Shown here one piece after another: positions 1 to 13,204 of a DNA stretch of 64,000 nt. Origin of the DNA: Octopus sinensis (lineage: Eukaryota); the NCBI RefSeq assembly GCF_006345805.1, contig NC_043010.1:35774001-35838000 (forward strand). The letters run 5' to 3'. The notes beneath the pieces were generated by a model. That model saw nothing but the letters and a program-made list of their open reading frames with translations, was not told the DNA's origin and did no database searches. Numbering within the stretch: position 1 is the first letter of the stretch; every line of letters begins with the position of its first letter. A program made the position numbers and the translations under genes.

Positions 1-403
1 GTTGTCGAGTGGTAGTTGGGAAGTATATACAAACACAAAGAAACAAACTGTTGTAGGTTGTATAGTGACCCTCATGCATCCAAGGAAAGTTTCGAACCCA
101 CGCCTTCTATTGTCTCAGCGATTCACTGGTTATCTAAATTGAAACTATATTTGTTTATTTCTCTTTACTCGGGGACCGTCTGACCAAGTCCTTTACCATT
201 CTTTTTTCTTCTGGAAACGCAACGAGAGTAAGTTGTTCTCTTCTTCAATAATAAGTTACCTCAGAACGGATTTGATCCTTCGACTCGCGCACAGCTAATC
301 TCAGTACTACAACATCTTAATTCAACAAAACATCAAACTGTCGTATCTTCTTCTATCAGGTCTGTATTGCGATTTCTCTTCTAATGGGGCCATTAAAAAA
401 TTG

Positions 404-768
404 CCATTAAAAAAATTGGGTTATCTCCCCTCTAAAAAGTTGAGTTTATGTGGTGACAAGAGATTGGATTAAAAGGGTTAAATCCTTTTGCTTCAATACT
501 TCAACGCATTGTTGACATTTGGCCTCCTCAATAGGAATGGTATGATTTGTTATAAAAATGTTATTAGATTCCATAAGATGTTTAATTTTTTCAGTTTTCA
601 TGGTTGTTAATTTTTTCAATTTTGTATGATTTGTTATAAAAATATGATCAGATTCAATAAGATGTTTAATCTTTTCACTTTTCATGTTTATTAATTTTTT
701 CATTTTTTTTGTTTTATTGAGGGTTAAACACTTTTTTTAGTTGGAGGAGATAACCCAATTTTTAATGG
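404..768. mobile_element. Small inverted-repeat-bounded (MITE/foldback-like) element
   Basis: CCATTAAAAAAATTGGGTTATCTCC (404-428) is the reverse complement of GGAGATAACCCAATTTTTAATGG (746-768) apart from A-run length; internal ~60-bp direct repeat at 541-602 and 626-686. Confidence 0.5.
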
Positions 769-906
769 GGGTGAGACAACCAAAAAGAACCGTATAAACT
801 TATATTTTATTTAGCCTGTAGAATCAAAGCGTCCATTGAAACTATGCAAATAATAAGAATGAAATATGACTAAGGAATAAAATGGTACAAAATAAAATAA
901 AACAAA

Positions 907-1070
907 TAGGCGAAGGAATGGGTGTGTGGTAAGTAGCTTGCTTACCAACCACATGGTTCCGGGTTCAGTCCCACTGCGTGGCACCTTGGGCAAGTGTCTT
1001 CTACTATAGCTTCGGGCCGACCAAAGCCTTGTGAGTGGATTTGGTAGACGGAAACTGAAAGAAGCCCGTC

Positions 1071-1147
<77 letters not shown>

Positions 1148-1385
1148 TTTGTGTGTCTGTGTTTGTCCCCCTCCAACATCGCTTGACAACCGATGGTGGT
1201 GTGTTTACGTCCTCGTTTCTGTCATGTGACTGTGGCCATGCTGGAGCACCACCTTTAGTCGAGCAAATCGACCCCAGGACCTATACTTTGTAAGCCTAGT
1301 ACTTATTCTATCGGTCTCTTTTACCGAACCGCTAGGTTACGGGGACGTAAACATACCAGCATCGGTTGGTGGGACAAACACAGAT
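907..1385. mobile_element. SINE family A, rearranged (5' part on +, 3' part on -)
   Basis: 907-1212 matches the head and middle of the copy at 2923-3325; 1215-1385 is the reverse complement of that copy's 3' part. Confidence 0.8.
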
Positions 1386-2449
1386 ATGTATATGTATATA
1401 TATGAATGTATAATAAAGCAATAACACCATTGAGCTCGTCCTCTTTTTACAAACTCACTTGCACTAAAACATGTCTTGCAATAATCACTTACTCTCTACA
1501 AACTCATTTTGTACGAAAGTTCACAGATCATACAGATCCACTTGCCTCACGCGCATTTTGTACACATATAATGCAACCATTTTGGATGCGTATATAGTAT
1601 TTTCTGTCTGTCCAGTACCACCGTATGATATCTAATATTCACTCTTTTGAGTATGTTTGCATCACCATTAGCTTTTTGAAACATAGATTACCACTTGTCC
1701 AGAAAGGAGTTAATGTAATGACCTTCATACAACAACGAAAAGTTAGGATCTGTCTATTTTGCGTCACTTTATTGAGCCATCTAATAACAATGCTTCTCAG
1801 TCCTTCATCGCTATATAAACGGATGTCAACATTTTCTCTTTACTCGAAAGCAGTTAGAGAATAAGTTTCGCTTCTGTCTTTTCCTGGGCCAAATGTGCAT
1901 TCTTTAAATAAGTCACCAGAGTTGACACCATCTTTCTAGACTCGACCAACTAGTCTAGAACACGTTGCGCATTTTAGTTGAATGAAACATCAAATTACCG
2001 TATCTCTTTTCACTAGGTTCAAGAACATTAGTTCAAGAATACTACAACGGGTTTAACTTAAACCGTGATTATCTCTCTCTCTCTTTGTCTCTCTCTATCT
2101 CTCAGTCTGTCTCTCTCTCACACACACGCACACACACGCACGCACGCATACACACACGCACACACATATATAAATCTGCAACTGAAGACATATGATTTTC
2201 AAACTGAAAAATGTGTTTTGCTGGTTGCTTAAGTAGCAAAAGAATTTTTTGTACGAGTATACACTAAAAATGGAAATATATATGAAAAAATACAAAACCA
2301 TGTGTGTATAAGAAGAAAGAAGGCAAAGAAGAAGGGGGAAAATAAGTAAATGAAATAAAGATAAAACTAAATATAAAGATAACTTTATTCTTATCTTTAT
2401 CTTTATTTTTATTTTCATTTAATTTTTATTTGCAACTTTATTTCATTTA

Positions 2450-2675
2450 CTTATTTCTTCTTCTCCTTCTTCTTCTTCTTCTTCTCCTCCTCCTCCTCCT
2501 CCTTCTTCTTCTTCATCATCATCTTCATCATCATCATCATCATCATCATCCTCTTCTTCTTCTTCTTCTTCTTCTTCTTCTTCTCTTCTTCTTCTTTTTC
2601 TTCTTCTTCTTCTTCTTCTTCTTCTTCTTCTTCTTCTTCTTCTTCTTCTTCTTCTTCTTCTTCTTCTTCTTCTTC
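2450..2675. repeat. Compound (CTT)n/(CAT)n microsatellite
   Basis: Direct reading of trinucleotide runs. Confidence 0.95.
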
Positions 2676-2850
2676 ACACATACTTGTTTTTTGCTGTTTA
2701 AGCAATCAGTAAAACATGCATTTTTCAGTTTGAAAACGTCTATTTGAAACTTGAAACTCATACAAGAGACACACACTGTAAAAATTATCCTCCAAAAAGC
2801 CATCTCTACACATTTTTTCAAATATATTATACTGTACCAAGAACTTTCTT

Positions 2851-2908
<58 letters not shown>

Positions 2909-2922
2909 ATACACATGTGTGT

Positions 2923-3325
2923 AGGCGTGGGAGTGGCTGTGTGGTAAGTAGCTTGCTTAAAAACCACATAGTTCCGGGTTCAGTCTCACTGCGGGACACC
3001 TTGGGCAAGTACCTTCTACTATAGCCTCGGGCCGACCAAAGCCTTGTGAGTGGATTTGGTAGACGGAAGCTGAAAGAAGCCCGTCGTATATATGTATGTG
3101 CATATGTATGTGTGTGTGTGTATGTTTGTGTGTCTGTGTTTGTCCCCCCAACATCGCTTGACAACCGATGCTGGTGTGTTTACGTCCCAGTCACTCAGCG
3201 GTTCGGCAAAACAGACCGATAGAATAAGTACTAGGCTTACAAAGAATAAGTCCTGGGGTTGATTTGCTCGACTAAAGGCGGTGCTCCAGCATGGCCACAG
3301 TCAAATGACTGAAACAAGTAAAAGT
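2923..3325 (+). mobile_element. SINE family A (tRNA-derived, CORE-like), full length
   Basis: A-box-like TGGCTGTGTGG, B-box-like GGTTCAGTC, CORE-like CACCTTGGGCAAGT, internal (TA/TG)n, tail CTCCAGCATGGCCACAGTC..TGACTGAAACAAG; many copies in the window. Confidence 0.85.
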
Positions 3326-3473
3326 GATATGTAAGTGTATATGTATGTATGCATGTATGTATGTATGTATGTATGTATGTATGTATGTATGTATGTATGT
3401 ATGTATGAATGTATGCATGTGTGTATATATGTGTGTATATACACATATATATGTTTATATATATAATATAGTG

Positions 3474-3579
<106 letters not shown>

Positions 3580-4031
3580 GTAGTATACAGGCAACGGGTG
3601 TGCATGTAGGTCGATCATTGCGCTATTCGTCCTGAAATAACATCTCAAGTCCATAAGAATTGTTATCTTAGCACGAATATTACAGTAAATGGTGTATATA
3701 CATCAAGTATGGCACATTGATGGCTATATGCATGTGTATGTGTAAGCGTACGTAAATATATATGTATATGAATATATATATATATATATGAATATATATG
3801 TATATACATGTACACAAACAGACAGACAGATAGATACACACACACACATGCCAAAAGTTTCGTTGCTGTTAAGAAAAAAGGTTATATATTTGGTAAAAAA
3901 AATCGGTGTCAAAAACGGAGAAAACGTATTGCGAAAGTCTGAAATCAAATGGTCTCGTGATGGAATAAAAATTCTGTCACTAATATAAGAAAATGTGTGT
4001 ATGTATGTATGCATGTATGTATGCATGTATG

Positions 4032-4413
4032 TGGAGGCGCAATGGCCCAGTGGTTAGGGCAGCGAACTCGCGGTCACAGGATCGCGGTTTCGATTCCCAG
4101 ACCGGGCGTTGTGAGTGTTTATTGAGCGAAAACACCTAAAGCTCCACGAGGCTCCGGCAGGGGATGGTGGTGATCCCTGCTGTACTCTTTCACCACACTT
4201 TCTCTCACTCTTACTTCCTGTTTCTGTTGTACCTGTATTTCAAAGGGCCGGCCTTGTCACTCTCTGTGTCACGCTGAATATCCCCGAGAACTACGTTACG
4301 GGTACACGTGTCTGTGGAGTGCTCAGCCACTTACACGTTAATTTCACGAGCAGGCTGTTCCGTTGATTCGGATCAACCGGAACCCTCGTCGTCGTAACCG
4401 ACGGAGTGCTTCC
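4032..4413 (+). mobile_element. SINE family B head with tail X
   Basis: tRNA-like head GGCGCAATGGCCCAGTGGTTAGGGCA..TTCGATTCC; head shared with 23513-23777, tail shared with 40453-40700. Confidence 0.85.
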
Positions 4414-4944
4414 AATGCATGTATATACGTGTGTGTGTACGCATATACATACACAAAAAATGCGCACACACACATGTTTCAGTAATTCGTTTTAAAATGG
4501 CACTCGTAATATGGCGAAAATGGTTATGGAGAAAACTCAGAACAATAGCCGTTCAAAAGAAAAAAAGCAAAAAACGGTAAAATACGTTCGTTTGTGTTTT
4601 TTTTTTTTTGCGTGAAATGTTGATCACATACGAATCCTAAGACACAGGTTTCAGCAGTGAGCTAATGCTATAACATCATCATCATCATCATCATCATCGC
4701 CTTCACCCCTCCACCACCACCACCACCAACAACAACAACAAGAAGCAACAGCAACTATGATAAAGATTTTTATTTAATTACAATGAATAAATTTATTAAA
4801 TAAGTTCTTCACGCATGTTCTGTGTTGTTTCTCTGGTGAGGAAGATGAAATAAAAACATATATCAAATATGCGCCATATACATCCTAAGGTAGACGCTGT
4901 ATATCTTATGAGAATCAAGAAATGTGGTGTGTGTATATACATAC

Positions 4945-5013
<69 letters not shown>

Positions 5014-5869
5014 AATGATAATAATATGAGGGAATATTATTCCAAACTTACAGGGAAAAATTCAATTTAGAAATACTAAATCAAATTTCTGAAAATATAG
5101 TATATATACATATATATATACTGAATTGATAAAAGGTGGTTATATATATATTTATATATATATACACATGTGTGTGTATATACAGATATGTGTGTGTATG
5201 TGTGTCTGTGTGCATGTATGTATAAAAGGAACATGTAAAATGGCTTGATGAAAGTTCAGGCTTGCTATACTATTTTTCTCACACGAATGATGTCACTCAA
5301 AACACATACTTGCGCGCACACAAACGCATGTCTTTTGCTTAATATAAATATAATAAATAGCGCAAAAATATCTATAGACATACTGTCAAGCATACCGTCA
5401 CACATACACACGTCTTCTACCTCTGTTGGCTGCAAGAAATAGAAGTCAAATTCCCTTGAAATCAAGCTTTTCTGTCTTTAAGGTAAAGTATTAGGAGCAA
5501 ATGAATAATGTTATCTTGAATGAACTGTGCCTGAAGGCAAAAAATATAATTAGAAAAAGGGTTGATAGTCACTGCAAGAGCGTCCTGGATCATCATAAAT
5601 CGGTACGATTAGCGCTGAACTGGGGTTAATGAACAACTGCAATAACTAGACATTAAGACACAGACACACGTACGCAAAAGCACGCACACACACAATGTGT
5701 CTTTTATCTATTAAGGCCTCGTTAAGCTTCAACAAGTGTGTACAACGACAACAGCAGTAGCAGCGACAGTAGCAGCAGTAATAGCAAAGAGATCCACAAC
5801 TTGATCATCACCCCATTCTATGGAACAGGATGCTGATAGTAAGCGTATAAAAAGGACCAATCGTATTAC

Positions 5870-5900
<31 letters not shown>

Positions 5901-5918
5901 TGTATGTATGTATGTATG

Positions 5919-5949
<31 letters not shown>

Positions 5950-6507
5950 TTCAATTCGTCCTTAGTCGAAAGACACCTGTTATGTCCTGTTATTATTTTT
6001 ATTGTTTTTTTATGTTGTATTTATTGTATTTATATTTGTGTAACATTGTTTTTTCGGTCCTTGTTTTTGTATACATTCGATGCTTTCTTCCAAGGAATCT
6101 AATGCTCTTAGCTTAGTTTTTCCTTGGGGCTGGCCAGATTGGAGCAATCTCGAGTATAATCAGCCGAAATTGCGAAGATAATCTGGTACTCGACTGAGGA
6201 AAGAAAACTTTGAATGACCCGTCCTTGTTTTCTTTGTATCGTCTGGATGTTTTGTTGTCCCTTTTTGTATGACCTAGTTGTCCGGATGTTTTGCGCTCTT
6301 GTCCCATTTGTATGTATGTATGTCATTATTCAGTTTTATGTATTTTATAGATATAAATGTATGTATGTATATATGTATCTTCATATTCATAGTTCAGTTA
6401 AAACAGGTTACCCTGAAGGAATACAGTTCAACTTTGACAGGCTGGAGTGACACACCACAAAAATACTTGCAATAACAACCCTGCCTTCATTTCTTATAGT
6501 TATAACA

Positions 6508-6885
6508 GGTACCGTATTGAGGTGCAGTTGACATTATACAGGGTACCAAAGGTACTGTGTTGAGGTACGGTCGACGTTCTACTGGTTACAATTGGTATTG
6601 TGTTGAGGCGCAGCCGATATTCTGGAGGTAACAAATGGTACCGTATCGTGGTGCAGCCAATATTTCGGAACATACAATAGGTACCGTATCGGGGAGCAAC
6701 CGATATTTCGGAACTTACAATAGGTACCGTATCGTGGTGCAGCCGATATTTTTGATGTTATAGTTCATACTGTATTGAGGTTCTGTCAATATTTTGGATG
6801 TTATTACAATTATGACTGAGTTGAGGCGTAACCGACATTCTACAGATAAGCTGGATCTGTATTGAGCTGCATTCCATATTCTTGA
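6508..6885. repeat. Degenerate 43-bp minisatellite, about 9 units
   Basis: Unit starts (GGTACCGTATYGWGGTGCAGCCGATATT-like) at 6508, 6551, 6594, 6637, 6680, 6723 and 6766, an exact 43-bp spacing, followed by two decayed units. Confidence 0.85.
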
Positions 6886-7033
6886 GACGGTGTTGACGTT
6901 GATGCTGTTATAACTGACGAGAGCTTTCGTTGGACCGAACGGTGTTTAGGGTTCCAAGTTCGAATCCACCGATGTGCAGAGAAGCTGAATCTGCTCAGTA
7001 ATAAAGCGGGGTGGAGTTAGGGGCTAGCAGCAG

Positions 7034-7103
<70 letters not shown>

Positions 7104-7544
7104 ACTGAATAACAGCAACAAAGATGATCGCCCAAGCTACTAGAAAAAGAAGCTATATATCTCGCCAACCACACGCTATTTTCTTATTAAGGGCCAGATC
7201 GCGTTAGTTAATGTAAACATATTACATGCCTGCCCCTAAAGAGAAAGCGGTATGCTCATTTGCTGTGTGATGCTTGTTATCATAGGTCCGTTAGATCAGA
7301 GTTGGCTCGGGGTTAAATAACTATAGCGACAACAGCCTCCAACAGCAATAATAAACCAAAAACTACCACCACCACTACCACCACCACCACCACCACCACC
7401 ATCACCACCACCACCGCCACCAGCAACAACAGTAACAACAACAACAACAACAACAGCAACCACTACCACCACCACAACAAGTCACAACAACAGCAACACT
7501 AAAATCGAATGATCACTTAGAGTCGATCGATCTATCAGAAATAA

Positions 7545-8668
7545 TGGTTTCAAATCTGGGTACAAGGAGAGCAAATTAAAGAAGGAGGAGTTTAAATGGA
7601 TTACATCGAACTCAGTGCTCAGCTGGTACTTTATTTTCTCGGCCCCCAGCGAAATCGACCTCGGTGTAAATTGAACTCAGAAACGTAAAGAACTAGAAAG
7701 AAATACTGCTATGCATTTTGTCCGTCGCACTAACGTTTCTTATTTCTTTATTGCCCACAAGGGGCTAAACATAGAAGGGACAAACAACGACAGACAAAGG
7801 GATTAAGTCGATTACATCGACCCCAGTGCGTAACTGGTACTTAATTTATCGACCCCGAAAGGATGAAAGGCAAAGTCAACCTCGGCGGAATTTGAACTTA
7901 GAACGTAACGGCAGACGATATACCTATTTCTATTTCTTTACTACCCACAAGGGGCTAAACACAGAGAGGACAAACAAGGGCAGACAAACGGATTAAGTCG
8001 ATTATATCGACCCCAGTTCGTAACAGGTACTTATTAAATCGAAAGGCAAAGTCGACCTCGGCGGAATTTGAACTCAGAACGTAACGGCAAACGAAATACC
8101 GTTAAGTATTTCACCCGGCGTGCTAACGTTTCTGCCAGCTCGCCACCTTAACCCCTTACAAATAATCGTTTCTATTATAGGCACAAGGCCTGAAATTTGG
8201 GAGAGAGGGATAGTTGATTACAACTACCTCAGTACTCAACTGGTACTTAATTTAGCGACCCCGGAAGGATGAAAGGCAAAATCGACCTCGGCGGAATTTG
8301 AACTCAGAACGTTGCGGCAGACGAAATATCGCTAAGTATTTCACCCGGCGTGCTAACGATTCTGCTAGTTCACCACCGTAACCTGTTACAAATAATAACC
8401 AAATCTCCCTCGAATCACACCTGCGTTTTCAAGAAATGAAGGTAGCAATGGATAACAATAATATGTTCTTTCCTACTCTAGGCACAAGGCCCGAAATTTT
8501 GGGGGAGGGGGCCAGTCGATTAGATCGATCCCAGTACACAACTGGTACTTAATTTATCGATTCCGAAAGGATGAAAGGCAAAGTCGACCTCGGCGGAATT
8601 TGAACTCAGAACGTAAAGACAGACAAAACACCTGGCGTGCTAACGTTTCTGCCAGCTCGCCGCCTTAG
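7545..8668 (-). mobile_element. Cluster of about 5 SINE family D units, including a tail-A/tail-A dimer at 7735-8150
   Basis: Repeated reverse complement of TAAGGCGGCGAGCTGGCAGAAACGTTAGC..GTTCAAATTCCGCCGAGGTCGACTTTGCCTTTCATCCTTTCGGGGTCGAT. Confidence 0.85.
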
Positions 8669-9735
8669 CTAACAATAATCTGTTAACAATAATATGTGGG
8701 ATGGTCACATATGGAACACCTTTGATTATAGGGGTTATATGGGGCGCTTACAGCAGAATTCCACCCCAAACTGTAATGACTATGGCCAAAGTGTCTTTAC
8801 GACGGCAATGATTACTGATTCAGAATGCAAAGAGCCAGGAGAAATGTTGCAATGCTTTTCAATGCTTTTCATTCAGACTATCTCTAACGGTTTCTACCAA
8901 TCCGCTCTCCTAATCCACTCTCTTGCTATGTAACAACAGTAACAACAGACAACGAGGATGCTTCTACCCAGTCGCTCATTTCAGCGAGAAATAGCAGCCA
9001 AATTTCCTTCGAATAAATTGCATTCTACTAACCGAGAGAGAGTGCATTAGATATTCTTGTTCAAAATTCAAAACAAACCGAAGCAACAAAACAAAAAAAC
9101 AACAACAAAAAACAAAACAAAACAAAAAAAAAACACAACCCCTTCACCACCCCCTCCAAAACCTCTACTAAACTTGAAATAAAGTCGAGAGTATCTTTGT
9201 AGGCCTATTTGATTAGAACAGACCTAGGTCTAAACAACATTACCCATCACCACCACCACAACAACAAGAGCAACAACAACCAACCCTAATGGCAAATAAA
9301 AGTCGTAGCAATAGCAATTGCAAAATCTCGTCTATAAACGATAACGAAAAGAGCCTTAACTGGTCCCTCAATATCCTAGAAATAACAGTGAAATCTCCTT
9401 GAAATTATCCCCTACTGGTTAAAACAAAATCACATGCACTATACGTTAAGAAATGGTATGGTCATGGCTTTGGTATGGTCATAGCTGGAATGATTTTGAT
9501 GGTGGGCCCACTCAGGACAGACTTGGGACTACAGAACGCCAACAATCACAACAAATATATAAAACAATATCAACAACATCAACAACAACGGTTGAAACAG
9601 CAGCAGCAACAGCAGCGGCAACAACACCAACAATAACAGCAATAATAACGTCAACAGTGGATGATTTCTGGGATGGGCCGAGCAGCGATTTCGGATTCCG
9701 ATTTTCCTTGGTTTTTGTCGTTTTTCTTTGGTGGT

Positions 9736-9834
9736 TCAACAATTACAAATGGGACCCTTCGTTGAGTTCATCGACTCTTCTGACTGCCCGATATTCTCAG
9801 CATACTCAATGGTGACTGGTTGAAATTTGAAAAG
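9736..9834 (-). CDS. Rab GTPase, candidate distal alternative last exon (LFKFQPVTIEYAENIGQSEESMNSTKGPICNC*)
   Basis: Acceptor tcttcttttAG; phase-0 open frame of 32 codons ending in CXC then TGA; joins in frame to the exon at 19776-19895. Confidence 0.65.
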   Translation of the reverse strand, partial: LFKFQPVTIEYAENIGQSEESMNSTKGPICNC

Positions 9835-9844
9835 CTAAAAGAAG

Positions 9845-9907
<63 letters not shown>

Positions 9908-9912
9908 TCATC

Positions 9913-10290
9913 ATTGAGAAAGAAAGCAAACTATGCTGGATCATAGGTATAGCATGCCCAGCTGACAATAAGGTATGGGATAAGGAAGAAAAAAATGTCG
10001 ATAGATATGACAGGTTAGCTTGGGAGGTTAAGCAGTTGTGGTCGATGAAATAGGTGGTAGTGGTACCATTAATTGTCGGGGACCTGGGAACAGTAACTAA
10101 AAATCTTGAGAAGTACATGGAACAAATAGGGGCTGCAATAAGGGTGGAGCACTTGCAGAAAACGGCACTGCTTGGAACCGCTCGAATACTCCTGAAGGTG
10201 CTCGAAAAAATAGGGGGTGTTACCTTAGTTCACTGGTAGTGAACAGCTGACACCTTAGTACATCTCCAGCGTTAGAAGCTGTGCAAAGGC
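9913..10290 (+). mobile_element. R4/Dong-type non-LTR element family 1, 5'-truncated
   Basis: RLE-type C-terminus (LCWIIGIACPAD..KNVDRYDRLAWEVKQLW..VPLIVGDLG..LQKTALLGTARIL); homologous to 51915-52291; (AAT)n on both sides. Confidence 0.85.
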
Positions 10291-10324
<34 letters not shown>

Positions 10325-10325
<1 letters not shown>

Positions 10326-10718
10326 TAGTTTCAAATTTTGGCTCAAGCCCAGCAATTTTGGGGGAAGGGTGAGTCGATTACATCAATCCAAGTGATCAAC
10401 TGGTACTTATTTTATCAACGCCGAAAGGATGTACAGATGACAGGTAAAAGCGGCAGACGAAATACTGCTAAGCATTTCGCCCGGGTGCTAACGATTCTGT
10501 TAGTTCACCGTCTTAATAATAGTAACAATCCGTTCTAATGAAAGCACAAGGCTAGAAATTTGGTGGGGAGGGGACTAATCGATTACATCGACCCCGGTGT
10601 TTGGACCCCAGTGTTTCACTGGTACTTAATTTATCGACCTAGAAAAGATGACAGGCAAAGTGGACCTCGGCGGAATTTGAACTCAGAACATAGCTAACGA
10701 TTCTGCCAGTTCGCCGCC

Positions 10719-10722
<4 letters not shown>
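10325..10722 (-). mobile_element. Two SINE family D (tail B) copies between (AAT)n tracts
   Basis: Match to the family D core and head. Confidence 0.75.
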
Positions 10723-10766
<44 letters not shown>

Positions 10767-11021
10767 TAATAATAATAATAATAATAAGAAGAAGAAGAAG
10801 AAGAAGAAGAAGGAAAAGAAAAAGAAGAAGGAGAATAATAAGAATAGAAAGAAGAGGAAAAGGAAGAAAAGGAAGAAGAATAGGAAAAAGAATAAAAATA
10901 ATAATGATGATAATAACAATAATAATAATAACAATAATAATAATAATAATAATAAGAAGAAGAAGAAGAAGGAGAATAAGAAGTAGAGGAAGAATAGGAA
11001 GAAGAAAAGGAAGAAAAATGG

Positions 11022-11062
<41 letters not shown>

Positions 11063-11669
11063 GGAAGAAGAATAGGAGGAAGAATATGAAGAAGAAGAAT
11101 ATGAAGAAGAAGAAGAATATGAAGAAGAAGAAGAAGAAGAAGAAGAAGAAGAAGAAGAAGAAAATGATGATGATGATGATGGTGGTGGCGGTGGTCGTAA
11201 AAGAATGGTTGAATTATAAACGAATAGCAGAATAAGAGACATAAATATTAATCAAGGTGTTTTCACACTTTAACAATAGACACATTCGACTTAATAGATT
11301 TAGGCTGGAGGGATGTTTGTTAGATTTGAGGAAAGTATGGATTAGTTACTTTATTCTGACCAAGCCCCCACCCCACCCCACCCCACCCCACCCCATCCCA
11401 CCACACTTAATAAGAAAAAATGTAGCATCTGATTCGGTTGAGAGATGGTTAGAATTAGAGGGTTTGGTGGTTCGTGATTTAGCTTTGGGTTATTGTTCTG
11501 TTAGATTCAAGTATTCTGTTAGGATTAAGGATTAACCGCTTTCTATTTTTTTTTTTCCGAACGAGGAGATTTGGCGCAGCTGTTTGGAAGCTGGTAATTT
11601 GGCAAGGCTGATTGGACATCGTGTTTGTTTTGGTGACAGCACTTTTTCGTACCGGAGGCAAACACACAC

Positions 11670-11703
<34 letters not shown>

Positions 11704-11836
11704 TTCAGATTGTTCTCAATGTAAAATGAAATACGTAATCTCAAAACATGCATGCATGCGCGCGCAGAAATATACATATAGGCAGGAAGTGAGTGAGAGA
11801 AAAAGAATGAAAGAGAGAGAAAGAGAGAGAGAGAGA

Positions 11837-11893
<57 letters not shown>

Positions 11894-12289
11894 GAGGCAG
11901 AGAACGCAAGAAGCTTTCAAGAGTCTCATGTCAAACAAGTCAGCGTCGAATCAATGATACCAAATATGTGGTGTCAAAACAGCTCCCTTCTCGTTTAAAA
12001 TGTAGAAAGCAGATAAGGGTTTGGTTAGATTCAGTTTAGGAATTGTTAGAATTCGATATTCTGGTGGTTTGTAGGTTAGTTTTAGGTCGTTCTTGAAAAT
12101 TTTTTATTGTTAGGGAATGTTTATTAGCGATTAGAAGAGCAGTGAGGTAGTTGGTTGTTGTGAAGAGACAGGATAAATATTGTCAGTTTACTGAAGTAGC
12201 CTTGCTTCTATAACCTCTCGACTCGTAATTGCCAGGAACACGACGCACAAATAGTGGCATCGCTTTTTCTATAATCCATTATTCTTTTA

Positions 12290-12501
12290 TTCTTTTATTT
12301 GTTTCAGTCATCTGACTGCGGCCATGCTGGAGCACCGCCTTTAGTGTCGAAGAAGTCGACCACGGGACTTATCCTTTGTAAGCCTAGTACTTATTCTATA
12401 TCGGTCTCTTTTGCCGAACCGCTAAGTTCCGGGGATGTAAACACACCGACATCGGTTGTCAAGCGATGGTGGTGGTGGTGCAACACAGGCACACAAACGC
12501 A

Positions 12502-12561
<60 letters not shown>

Positions 12562-12802
12562 TATACACACATGCACACCCTCACACAAACACACAAACAC
12601 ATACACACACACAAACACACAAACACATACATACGTATACAGACATATATACGACGAGCTTCTTTCAGTTTCCGCCTACCAGATCCCTCTATAAGGCTTT
12701 GGTTGGCCCGAAGACACTTGCTCAAGGTGTCACGCAGTGGGACTGAACCTGGAACCATGTACTTGGGAAGCAAGCTTCTTACCACACAACCACGCCTGCG
12801 CC
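12290..12802 (-). mobile_element. SINE family A
   Basis: Reverse-complement match to 2923-3325 with expanded internal (TG)n. Confidence 0.85.
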
Positions 12803-13204
12803 TTTTATTATTTTTTTCTACCGATTTCAGTCTTTGGACTGCGGTTATACAAGGGCACTGCTTTTAAAATATTTAGTCGATTCTTTCCAGAATTTTCCAT
12901 TGTATTTTGTTTGGCATCTATTCTGTTGATCACGTAAGGAACGTAAGGCAAAGTCAGTTTTGGTGAAAAAAGATATCACTCGGAACTAAATATTTCAGAA
13001 TTGATGCAATTCTTAATGTATCGTTTCATCCCTAACCAGTATAGAGCTCTCTCTTCCTACCCCCACTCTCTCTCCAGTCTATGATAGTGCAAGACATAGA
13101 CATCAGCCTCAGCAGCAGCAGCAGCAACAGAGCGATATCAACAACGGCATCATCATCGTCGTCATCACCAGCAGCAGCAGCAATCGCAGCAACTCAACGC
13201 TGCT

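Noticed and set aside
1400-1990. Possible decayed piggyBac transposase on the minus strand (IVIRWLNKV, YGGTGQT)
   Set aside because: Motif similarity is too weak and fragmented to call without a search
5948-6310. Repeat-like segment within (ATGT)n containing CTGAGGA..GAAT, a hammerhead-like core
   Set aside because: No GAAA, and helices I and III could not be formed; only one copy in the window
6508-6885. CRISPR-like look of conserved and variable halves
   Set aside because: Eukaryotic context, repeats not identical, variable parts related to each other, no cas genes
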